Assembly (NCBI GenBank): GCA_963845755.1
Contig: CAWJTV010000023.1
Coordinates: forward strand, 32,001-96,000
DNA from: an uncultured Planctomycetota bacterium
GTDB taxonomy: Bacteria > Planctomycetota > Planctomycetia > Isosphaerales > Isosphaeraceae
Length of the DNA: 64,000 bases
Reading direction: 5' to 3'
Positions 54,923 to 64,000 of this stretch are shown one piece after another (position 1 is the first letter of the stretch; each line of letters starts with the position of its first letter). The translations under genes and the position numbers were made by a program. The notes beneath the pieces are model-generated. The model was given only the letters and a program-made list of their open reading frames with translations, did not search any database and was not told where the DNA came from.

Positions 54923-55594
54923 ATGCCCCTACTGAGGCGGCGGAGGGGGTGGGCGATCTGGCAACATCAGGTGGGACGAATCGACTTCGACGAGCCGCTC
55001 TTGCAGCTCTGGCGGCAGGGATGGCGATTCCTGGAATACGCCGCGGTCGTCGGCGCCCGAGAAGGTGGTTGCTGGGCGGTCATCGGATTTCACGGCGGGA
55101 CCCGGGTCCGGTGCGATCGCGCCGGACGAAGAGAGGCGTGGGCCGAGGCCGTGCGACTCGCCCTCGCAGTCGCTGTCGATCGACGTCCGCGGATCCGCGT
55201 GGCCCCCAACGTGAATGCTTCAGTGATGGCTGGATTCGATATTCCTCACAGGACCGCAAGGGAGATGAACATGAGTGCCCGTGAAGAGTCCGAGGCCGAG
55301 CGACAGGAAACACTGCGGACGTACGAGGACCACAAGCGCCGGTTCATCGCCTCCGGCGGAGACGGCCGGCGGTTCGACGGCCTGCACCTGACGGCGGCGG
55401 CGGTGCGCCAGGCAGAACGGAAACTCGACGATCTGGGGCGGGAACGGGGGGTAGTCGAGCGGCCCGCCACCGAACACGAGGTACGCCAGAAGCTGGGCGA
55501 CCTGGCGCACGAGGCGCTCGTGGCCCGCTCGGCGGGTCAGTTGCGCGAGTTCCGCAGGGGGCTGTGGCCGTACGGACCACCTATGGACATCTGA
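54923..55594 (+). CDS. hypothetical protein(s); possibly two genes, the second starting at ~55266
   Basis: Continuous ORF with an internal GGGAG-ATG at ~55261. Confidence 0.45.
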   Translation: MPLLRRRRGWAIWQHQVGRIDFDEPLLQLWRQGWRFLEYAAVVGAREGGCWAVIGFHGGTRVRCDRAGRREAWAEAVRLALAVAVDRRPRIRVAPNVNASVMAGFDIPHRTAREMNMSAREESEAERQETLRTYEDHKRRFIASGGDGRRFDGLHLTAAAVRQAERKLDDLGRERGVVERPATEHEVRQKLGDLAHEALVARSAGQLREFRRGLWPYGPPMDI

Positions 55595-55606
55595 TCCCAT
55601 CGAGGA

Positions 55607-56037
55607 CCACGGAGTCCCTGACCAACCCGACGTCGGCGGATGTGATGACGACACGCGCGCACCTGCTCCGCCATCAGCTCCGCGCTGGAGGCCAGCGTAC
55701 TCTTCCAGGAAGCCGACTGCGACACCGTGGCGGTCGTCGACGGCGGCCGGCCGATCGGTATCCTGACCGACCGCGACATGGGCTTGGCCGCGGCCAACAA
55801 CCCGGACCTGTGTAACCGGCCGGGGCCGAATTCATGAGCAAGGAGGTCATCTCGGTCGCGCCTGACGCTTCCCGCGAGGAGATCGAGGCATGCTTCAATC
55901 AGCATGGCGTCCATCGCCTCCTGCTGGTCGATGCCGGCGGCCAGCTCCAGGGCATCGTGGCCTGGTCCGACCTCGCCCCGCACGTGTCCGAGGCGAGCGT
56001 CGGCCGCCTGGTGGGTGAGGTGGACGAACGGCGTTGA
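55607..56037 (+). pseudogene. CBS domain protein broken by frameshifts
   Basis: ADVMT, AVVDGGRPIGILTDRD and HRLLLVDAGGQLQGIVAWSDL lie in different frames. Confidence 0.7.
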
Positions 56038-56160
56038 GTGCGGGCGACGATGCCGGGAGGCCCACTGGAGGTCGCCGCCGACTCCGACCGCCGACACATG
56101 AACCGTGCGGTGCTCGGGTCATGTCCGGGCGTTTAGGGCTCATCCGGGCGATAGATCACC

Positions 56161-59100
56161 TCACCTCATCTCACCTCCAGCCGGCGATCGACCCGTGTCA
56201 GGAAGGATGCAAACCCTCGGGTCCCCCGCGCCCACCGGCGTCGGGTGAAGCGGGCCGAAGCTCCCCACGATCCCGGGCTCTCCATCGCGTTCCCTCAAGC
56301 CTTCGAGCAACACCGCGCCACTCGCACCGAGGGATTCGAGCAGTTCGAGCGCCGCCTCGCGGACCCTCAGAGCCGGGTCTTCCAGGGCCTCTCTCAGGAC
56401 GATACCCGCGTTGGTGTTGCTCAATTCCGCGGCGAGGAGGGAGCCCGCGGCGATCAGTGCGCATGCGCGAGTTCGGGTCCGCGACCAGGCGCCGCATCAC
56501 ATCGAGGACCGCGCCGACGGGGACCAATCGGAGTGCCATCGCGGCGTTCATTCGCAGACCGTCGTTGGCATCGGCCGTACACTCGATGAGCAGGGGGATG
56601 GCTGTGGCCGGAATGGCGTCGAGACGGGCCAGGGCGTGCGCGCAGTTCGCCCGGACCTGAACCTCCGGGTCACCCAGGGCCTCGATGAGGGCGGGGATGG
56701 CTTGTTCCGAGATGGCCGTCGCGTTCATCCAACCTGCAGACGCCACCATGCGAACGTCGCCGCAGACATCCTTGAGGCCGGCGGCAAACGCCTCCGCCGT
56801 TTCGGGCGGTTGGATCTTGGCAATCGATCGCATGGCCTGCTCGCGAACGCTCACGGCGCCGTTTTGTACGGCATGGAGCAAGGGTCTTCCCGCGGCCACC
56901 GCCGCGGCACCGAGCTTGCCCAGTGCCATCGCGGCGGAGACCTGGACCCATTCGCTGTCATCCTCGATCAAGCGCCGGCACAAGCCGTCGATCACCGCCG
57001 GTGTGGCGCCGGCCAGGTTGGGCAGCACCTTGGTCACTTCGACCTTCACCTGGTTATTGGCGTCGTCGAGCAGGATCATCAAGGCGCCGAGGGTTGCTTC
57101 GCTCGGCTCGCTTGATTGGCCCAGGAACGCGACGGCAGCAGCCCGAACCAAGGGATCGGGGTCTTGCAACCACGCCAGGACCACGAGTGCTGAGGCCGAG
57201 GTCGAGCCGCCGATGGCTCCCAGGGCGCGAATGGCCTGGCTGCGGACCCCTCCGTCCTCGTCTCGAGCCGCCGTTTCGAGCGCCGGCCGCGCGCCGGCCG
57301 CGGTTTCCCCCATCTTGCCCAGCGCCTCGGCGGCGGTGCGCCGGACCTCGGGGCTGATGTGCTTCAGGGAGCGCACGAGCGAGGGGATCGCTCCGTCGGC
57401 CGACACCCCCATTTGGCCCAGGGCTTCCGCCGCCAGGGCGCAGACGCCGTTGTCGGGATCCCGCAGCGCTCGCATCAGGCCGGGAACGGCGGCCTCCGCT
57501 GCGGATTCGCCGATCCGCCCCAGCGCCTCCACCACCTTGGCCCGTACCCGGTCATTGCCGTCGGCCATCGCCCCTACCAGCGCCGGGGCGGCCTCTGAGC
57601 GCCGCGGCGCCGATCGTGCCGAGGGCCTGGGCTGTATAGGCGCGCACGATGTTGTCGGGACTTACCAGGCCTTCCACCAGGGCGTCGGTTGCGACCTGGT
57701 TCAACGGCCCGATCTGAGCGATGGCTTCGGCCGCCGCCCTGCGCACCGACTCCTGCCTATCCTGCAAGAGCGGCACCAGCGCCGGAACCGCCGGGGCCGC
57801 CGCCTTCCTCAACGCCCCCAGGGCCAGCGCCGCCGACTCCTTGACCGGAGCACTGTCGTCCATCAGGAGGTCGACCAGAGCGGCCACCGTCGCCTCCACG
57901 GCCCCTCCGACCTGGCCGAGGGCCTGGGCGGCCTGGCAGCGAACCGTTTCGTCGGGTTCCTTCAACATCCCGATCAATCCCGGGGCCAGGGCTGAGGCGG
58001 GCGACCCGATCCGGCCGAGCGCCCGGGCCGCCTGGGTCCGCACCGCGGCCGAATCGTCGGCCAGAGCGGATTCCAGCGTCGTCACGGCCAGATCAACGGG
58101 GTTGCGGGGTGGTATCAATGCGCCGTGCTTCCTCCATCCGGAGAACCACGCGACCGCCCGCACCCTCCCGCTTCGGCCTCGGCCGGGACCACGACGGGTG
58201 CGAGCGGATCCCGGCCCGGGACTCCCGAGGAGCCCCAGCGATTCGACCACGCTTTGCCGCACGACCTCGCTGGGATCGCCGACGAGCACCGCCAGCAAGG
58301 GGATCGCCTCCAGGGCCCGGAGGTGGCCGAGCGCGGCGGCGACAATCGCCCGCACGTGCTCGTGCGGGTCGTGAAGATGCCGGACCAGGGCGGGGATGAT
58401 CGCGGGGCCAATTCGCTCCAGGATTAACGGAAGTTGGTCCCGTTGTTCCTTGGTCAGCGAGGGGACCAGGCGCAACGACCCCAGTAACGGGCTGATCGCC
58501 AGGGTGCCGTAGACAGGAAGTGCATTTCGAGCGCGCTCGTGGATTGGCTCGTGGGGGCTCCAGAAATCGCGGATGGTCTCCGCCAGCAGTTTCCCTGGCG
58601 CAGTGAGGCGAAGACTTGATGGAGCAACACCAGCGTGAAGAATCCCTTGAACGCAGCCAGGAGAGTGGAGGCCGGCCATGCGGCCTGACGAACAAATGCG
58701 GCTCCCAAAATATGATGCGACTTGAACAGATCCAGCACGTCCATGATGCCCAGGATCTTCGTGATTGCATACGCCAGAAAATCGACGTAGATGGGCTCCC
58801 TTCGCTCGTCCGCGACTTGGTACCAGTCGCGGCCGATGGTCTCATACAGGCCCTGGTTGAGCAGGGCGAACCCACCGATCGTGCCGACCGTGGCGGATAT
58901 CAACAAAGGGATGTGGACCCGCTTACCGTATCGCTCCAGGTTCATCGCCAGTACCTGGCCCTTCAGCGGGTTATGGATCGCCTTGTGGCCCCGTTCCACC
59001 TCGTTCCGCTCCAGGTCGATGAACATGTACGCCAGGCAGGCGATCATCCCCATGAACAGCGGGGCCAGACCAAAGAGGACCCTCAAACCCGGCCGCGGTC

Positions 59101-59365
59101 CACCCGCCATCGCACCCATGAGGAGGAAGCCGAATACGATCGCCAGGAATAGCGGCCACGACGCCCACGAGAGCAGACGCTCCCAGAGAAGGAAACCTTT
59201 GCGAATGCACCATCCCACCACCTGGCCGAAGACCCTCAATACCCAGCCGATCAGCCCAATCTGGTAGAGGATGCCGCCGGAGAGGATGATCCCACCCAGC
59301 ACAGCCAGCAGCAGATAGGATGTATCCACACGTTCCAGCCTGGCGAACCAGGAGGAGGCATCCAT
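56161..59365 (-). CDS. membrane-anchored HEAT-repeat protein; frameshifts at ~58590, ~57600 and ~56460
   Basis: N-terminal TM domain followed by many D..VR..AA.ALG HEAT/PBS repeats across ORFs 58454-59461, 57552-58679, 56198-57568 and 56161-56424. Confidence 0.85.
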
Positions 59366-59529
59366 GAATATCGCCTTTATCCACTCATGGCGTTCCGAAT
59401 TCCCGACCACCGTCCCGCGGGACTTGACGTCTTCCGGCGTCGGTTGTGCCAACTTACTCAAGAAGCTCTGCCAAAAACCTCCGAAGAACCCTTGAAAACA
59501 GGCCGGAATGGAGGTCTTGGCAGAGGCTC

Positions 59530-59853
59530 TCAGTGTGCTGAAGCCGGTCCGCCCGGTGCCTGGAGGGGAACGGAGTTGCGTTCGCCTCCCGCGTTCGACT
59601 CATGCGTGAGTCCGGTCGCTTGCGGTTCAATGCCGTGGGCGTACCGTGACCTGGTGGAACGAACCGCGGCGAGGGTGAGTACCGTCCAACCACTCAGCAT
59701 CCCGAGGACGTAGACCGCAACGGTCACGATGGCGACCGGTTGCGAGAGGTTCCAGGTCAAGAAATTGACGGTGATCACATTCCGGTTCTGAACGGCGAAG
59801 ATGCCGATCGTAACCAGGAAAGCCAGGAAGATGACAGCCTGAATGAATCGCAT
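59530..59853 (-). CDS. LapA-family small membrane protein (true stop may be 59627)
   Basis: IFAVQN...VNFLTW...P...LG pattern. Confidence 0.8.
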   Translation of the reverse strand: MRFIQAVIFLAFLVTIGIFAVQNRNVITVNFLTWNLSQPVAIVTVAVYVLGMLSGWTVLTLAAVRSTRSRYAHGIEPQATGLTHESNAGGERNSVPLQAPGGPASAH

Positions 59854-59891
59854 GGCAGAATCCTCGTAAGAAGGCCAATCTCACGTTCTCG

Positions 59892-60351
59892 CTACTTCTT
59901 GGCCACGGTGATTTTCACCTCATTCGTGGCGTCGGCACCCTTCGTCGGATGCCCCTTGACCTTGACCGTGAAGTCACCTAGCGAAGCGTCCTTCGTGGCC
60001 TTGAGCGTGACCTTCGCCTCAGACTCACCGTGCATGATGACCGGGTTAGCGGAGTCGAGCGTCACCCCCTTGGGACCGTCGGCGAACGTGAGAGTCACGT
60101 CCTCTTCGAAGTTCTTGCCCCGGTCGATGCCGATCGTGACCTCTTTCGATTCTCCCTGGTGGAGTGTGGTTGACGATGTGAGGCACGCTCAGATTGAACG
60201 TGTTGTCGGCCTCTCCGTAGGCGGGTTGCCTCTGGGCCGGCTTGGTGACTCCCGGTCCCCCCGGGACGGCCTGACCGCATCCGGAGCAGGCAACCATCGT
60301 CATCATCAATAAACCCGTAAATGAACCTTTCACCGAGAATCTCCTCTTCAT
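59892..60351 (-). CDS. putative lipoprotein with Ig-like domain; frameshift at ~60180
   Basis: ACSGC lipobox-like; PGGPG; continues IGIDRGKNFEEDVTL...PKGVT. Confidence 0.7.
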
Positions 60352-60383
60352 GATCGTACATCCTGTGAAAAACACGCCGATCA

Positions 60384-60548
60384 TCAGAGGCCACGGGCGA
60401 CGGACCCCGCGACCAGCAGTACCAGCACGATCACCAACAGTAACCCCATGCCGCCGGTTGGGCCGTAGCCCCAATTCCGCCTGTGACGCCAAGTGGGTAA
60501 GCCGCCCATCAGCAGCACGATGAGGACGATCAGCAAGAGCAAACCCAT
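60384..60548 (-). CDS. DUF3309 family small membrane protein
   Basis: LLMGGLPTWRHRRNWGYGPTGG. Confidence 0.85.
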   Translation of the reverse strand: MGLLLLIVLIVLLMGGLPTWRHRRNWGYGPTGGMGLLLVIVLVLLVAGSVARGL

Positions 60549-60694
60549 GGATGACTTCTCTCGGTACTCGAGAACCCTGCGGAAGCCACCGTCGTAAACG
60601 CCGCGTTCACGAAGGTCAATTCCCTGATTGAGACAACTGCAACGGTGGGCCCGGCGACCCACCGCTGCCTCCACCGAACCCGCCGCTCGATCAG

Positions 60695-61237
60695 TTACTT
60701 GCGGTCGATCATCAGGCACTTCATGGTCGCAACCTCGTCCAACTTCTCCACGATGGCGAGGGCGCGATCACCGATCTTGATGTTCTCGATCTTGCTGTCC
60801 TCCTTGTTGAGACGCACCTTGGCCTTGGCCATGGGGAAGCTCCAATCCTTGTCTTTGTGGTCGGTGAAGGTCACCTGCTTCTTGTCGGCGTCGTAGTTCT
60901 TGATAGTGCCGTTAACCAACGTACAGTCCTTGGTGTCACCTTCCTGGACCAGGACGTAATGCGCCGTCCACGTCAACAATCCCTTGTCATAACAAACGTT
61001 GACCGGATCGCCCGCCTTCAGGTCGCTCTGGCTCTCCTTGCCGCCACGGTTGATGACAACGGTATCGCCGATCTTGAACGTCCAGTCCTTGCCTTCGCTA
61101 TCGGTCAGGACGAACTCCTTCTTCTCGGCGATGACTCCCTTGACCTTACCGGCAGCGATGGCGTCTGCGGCCACCGTCGGACCGGCCAATAGAACAAACG
61201 CCACCATCGCACACAAACTCTGCGTGAAAACCTTCAT
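60695..61237 (-). CDS. secreted protein with two tandem OB-fold-like repeats
   Basis: GGAG RBS; signal peptide; repeated G.[VI]K...[ED]KK....TD...KDW.F...[LI]K.GD. Confidence 0.8.
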   Translation of the reverse strand: MKVFTQSLCAMVAFVLLAGPTVAADAIAAGKVKGVIAEKKEFVLTDSEGKDWTFKIGDTVVINRGGKESQSDLKAGDPVNVCYDKGLLTWTAHYVLVQEGDTKDCTLVNGTIKNYDADKKQVTFTDHKDKDWSFPMAKAKVRLNKEDSKIENIKIGDRALAIVEKLDEVATMKCLMIDRK

Positions 61238-61586
61238 GATGTAACTCCGTTGTTGAACCTTTTTCCCGATCATCCTTCACCATGAAGGACCGGGTCCGCA
61301 TCCGACCCACGCTGGATCGATGTTGCCTGAGAAAGAAAGAACCGGAGACTCCGGCCCCCCGGCCGAGCTGTTCGCCAGGACCATCTCGGATGGCGGTGCG
61401 ACCCCATGCGCAGTGCCACCGACGCATGCTTACGGTGAACCACCATCATCGATTGGGTCACTCGAGCCACTTTTCTCTCCCGCAATCCCCGTGCCCCTTG
61501 AGGGTCCTGGTGAATCACGATCAAATTGGGCATCTTCTTCGGATTGGTCGCGGGTGATGGCAGATGGCCCCGCGCCGTCACAAACG

Positions 61587-61690
61587 AAAAAAGCCGACGT
61601 GGCCGATCATCCTGTGATGTTCGGCCACGTCGGCTTACTCAGCAACGAGCCCCCCGATTCAGTCGGGTTGCCCTTCATCTAGTCGTCCGA
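61587..61690 (-). promoter_or_regulatory. structured leader with intrinsic terminator (candidate attenuator/riboswitch)
   Basis: Perfect 16-bp stem 61591-61606/61621-61636 with a U-tract on the minus strand, preceded by a second hairpin, upstream of the 61237 operon. Confidence 0.6.
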
Positions 61691-61916
61691 CGGCATTCAC
61701 TCGAATTCCTGAGAACCGACTGCCGGTCTGCACCAGCTCGATTCGCGACCTTGATTGTACACTGAGCGAGCCGAAAAAAGCAAGTGAAATATCTTCCGCA
61801 TTTTGGTATGTTGGTTTTCCGTTGGTCTCAGCGTTGGAGACCAGGGCTCGGTCGTGGTGGACGCGATCTTCCTCGGCGGTCACTCGGTCCGGGAGTGACG
61901 AGCGAGCGAGGTCACC

Positions 61917-62297
61917 ATGAAAACGCAGGGGGAAATCGAAGCTACGATCTGCCTAGGGATGAGTCGTTTCGAGCGGGAATACATGGGCCGGGGACCCAAG
62001 GTCATCCGCGCGTACTCGATCGGCGATCTGCTCGTGGTCCGTCTCCAGGGCGTCCTGACCGCGGCGGAACAGCATCTGGCCAAGTCGCTGCCGGCCGAGA
62101 AGGGAAGAGACTTGCTCAAGCAAGTTCGGACCCACCTCCTCGAAACGGCGCGGCCGCACCTGGAGGCAATGGTCCAGGACGTCACCGGCGTCCACGTCCG
62201 GAGTCTGCACCACGACATCAGCACCACCACCGGTGAAGAAGTCGTATTGTTCACCCTCTCCGGGCCGGTGCCGGTACGCGAGATAAGGAAGTGGTAG
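61917..62297 (+). CDS. DUF2294 (MpsC-like) family protein
   Basis: KTQGEIE, YMGRGPK, GVLTAAE and SLHHDISTTTGEEV motifs. Confidence 0.9.
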   Translation: MKTQGEIEATICLGMSRFEREYMGRGPKVIRAYSIGDLLVVRLQGVLTAAEQHLAKSLPAEKGRDLLKQVRTHLLETARPHLEAMVQDVTGVHVRSLHHDISTTTGEEVVLFTLSGPVPVREIRKW

Positions 62298-62359
62298 GCC
62301 GCTGACATCAAGGATCTTCATCATCAAGCGGCTCTGAACCCCGTGGGCGGCGGCGGCGT

Positions 62360-64000
62360 TCACCCGTTCGCCGCGACCCGTTCTCGTGACAACCGGCCCG
62401 GAATCGGTTCGACGGGCGGATCGGGCGGATGTGATGGGTCGATTATCCCGGACGAGAGACGGTCCTCGTCTGCTCGCTGACCGGGTCGGGCGAGATGCTC
62501 CAACGGGTCCCGAGCCTCGGCGACCGCCGTCATCGCCGTCGCCGCCATCACCTGAACCGCGGAAGCGGCCCTGGCCAGGATCTGGTCGCGGGCATCGGCC
62601 AGCGTGAAGGCGACGTGCGTGGCCCCGACTCCGGTGAGCCCCTCGGACGACGCGTCGCTGCCGGCCTCCCCCCACCGCCCCACCAGGATCGCCAGCCCTG
62701 CGAACCGCGCCCTGAGCCGCCGGACCTGGTAGCGGGCCTTCGCCAGTGCCTCGGGAGGCAGGTGCGACAGGATGACCATCGCCGGGGACACTTCCGCCAT
62801 CCGTTCGGCAAGCTGCATCGGCGAGCCGGCGCCCTCGAGATTGACGAGTGTGCACTTCGAGGAGGCGAGGATCTGTCCCAGCATCCGTAGCGTCAGGGCG
62901 TCGGAGGTGCCGCTCGCCGCCACGCCCGCAACCTCGAACGCCGGCGACCCCAGTGTACCATCGGCTAGCCCCGGCTCTTCTTCGCCAGAGCGGGCCGAGA
63001 TCTTCAGGCTGATATCTTCCGTCCCTTCCAGGTCATCGAGGATCTCACCGATGACTCGCCGGATGAAGGCCATGTCGCTCTCCTCCAGCTCTCCCCGCGC
63101 CGCGTCGCGCCGGGCACGCGATAGGGCCGGGACCAGGATGTGATCGAAGACCTCGGCACGCGGGCGTTCCTTCAGGGCGGCGTTGACGACCGCGGTAGCC
63201 CCATCCTGGTCGAGCGAGACGAGCCGCTGGTAAAACCTGATGTTTTGGTCCAGCTCGGCTTCCTCGCCCAGGAGCGTCGCGAAGAAGCCCAGGCTCGGAA
63301 CGTACTTGCCGAGAACCGCCAGGCAGAGTGTCATCGGCGTTGACAGCAGGGTGCCGAGCAGCCCCCAGAGCCACGTCCAGAACGCCGCCGCGACCAGGAG
63401 TCCAAGGGCCGACACCCCGGTGGTCTTGCCATAGATGACCGGCTCCAGATAGGTCAGCGCCACCTCGACCGCCCCGAAGAATGCGGCCACTACGAGCGGC
63501 TGCCTCCAGCCGGGGAAGTACGCGATCGAGAAGATCAGCGGCAGAAGCAACGCGACTGCCGCCCCGACATAGGGGATGAACCGCATCATCGCCGCCAGGC
63601 ATCCCCAGAGCACCGCGTAAGGCACGCCGATCGCCCAGAGGCCCAGGCCGACGATGAGCCCGAACCCCGAGTTGACCATCGTGATCATCGCCAGGTAGCG
63701 GCTGATCCGCTGGCCGATCTCGCCCATGGTCCGGGTCGTGAGGTTGATCTGGCGCTGGCCGAAGAGTTGGACGATCCGGTCTCCCAGCTCCGCCCGGTTC
63801 ATGAGCATGAACAGGACCAGGATGAGCACGAAAATACCCACGCCCATGAACTCCAGGTAGGGCCCCACGGCTCCCTGGAGGCGCTGCCGGAACGTGGGCT
63901 CCTCGACGACCCGCACGTCCATCGCATCGTGCCCCGCGACGACCGGCTGGTCGAGCGACTTGGACAAGTCACCGGCGACTTTCTGCGCCCGACGGATCGC
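62360..64000 (-). CDS. AI-2E family transporter with C-terminal extension; 5' end lies beyond the window
   Basis: RISRYL, RFIPYVG, LEPVIYG and FWTWLWG...LSTPMT motifs. Confidence 0.9.
   Translation of the reverse strand, partial: AIRRAQKVAGDLSKSLDQPVVAGHDAMDVRVVEEPTFRQRLQGAVGPYLEFMGVGIFVLILVLFMLMNRAELGDRIVQLFGQRQINLTTRTMGEIGQRISRYLAMITMVNSGFGLIVGLGLWAIGVPYAVLWGCLAAMMRFIPYVGAAVALLLPLIFSIAYFPGWRQPLVVAAFFGAVEVALTYLEPVIYGKTTGVSALGLLVAAAFWTWLWGLLGTLLSTPMTLCLAVLGKYVPSLGFFATLLGEEAELDQNIRFYQRLVSLDQDGATAVVNAALKERPRAEVFDHILVPALSRARRDAARGELEESDMAFIRRVIGEILDDLEGTEDISLKISARSGEEEPGLADGTLGSPAFEVAGVAASGTSDALTLRMLGQILASSKCTLVNLEGAGSPMQLAERMAEVSPAMVILSHLPPEALAKARYQVRRLRARFAGLAILVGRWGEAGSDASSEGLTGVGATHVAFTLADARDQILARAASAVQVMAATAMTAVAEARDPLEHLARPGQRADEDRLSSGIIDPSHPPDPPVEPIPGRLSRERVAANG

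Noticed and set aside
61320..61682. ORF ending KKADVADHPVMFGHVGLL...
   Set aside because: It translates the antisense of the terminator/leader structure and has no RBS or protein features.
61640..61690. c-di-GMP-I riboswitch (GGGCAA-CCC...)
   Set aside because: It lacks the GAAA tetraloop, the GACGCAAAGC segment and the second stem of that family.

Overview
High-GC bacterial DNA, most likely from a planctomycete of the Isosphaeraceae type. This is inferred from a Planctomycete-type ECF sigma factor, a LEERTLL N-terminal motif, a PEP-CTERM protein, a kinase-WD40 protein and DUF1080. About a dozen otherwise intact genes are split by short indels, which looks like long-read consensus error. No rRNA, tRNA, CRISPR array or intact transposase was seen. 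Main highlights: (1) An exported thioredoxin-fold gene (16773-18701) is split only by an in-frame TGA in a DDERC-U-G motif that resembles the eukaryotic selenoprotein N active site. It is flanked by copies of a ~150-bp palindromic element. (2) An atypical P1B-ATPase locus carries one active and one catalytically degenerate ATPase, small accessory proteins and a Ca2+/H+ antiporter, resembling ferrosome-type/HMA_2 loci. (3) A dps - TIGR04222 - DUF692 (MNIO) - partner cluster has a Gly/Cys membrane-protein tail as the likely modification substrate. (4) A structured attenuator-like leader RNA sits between a DUF2294 gene and a divergent operon. Family assignments come from motif recognition only; no searches were run.
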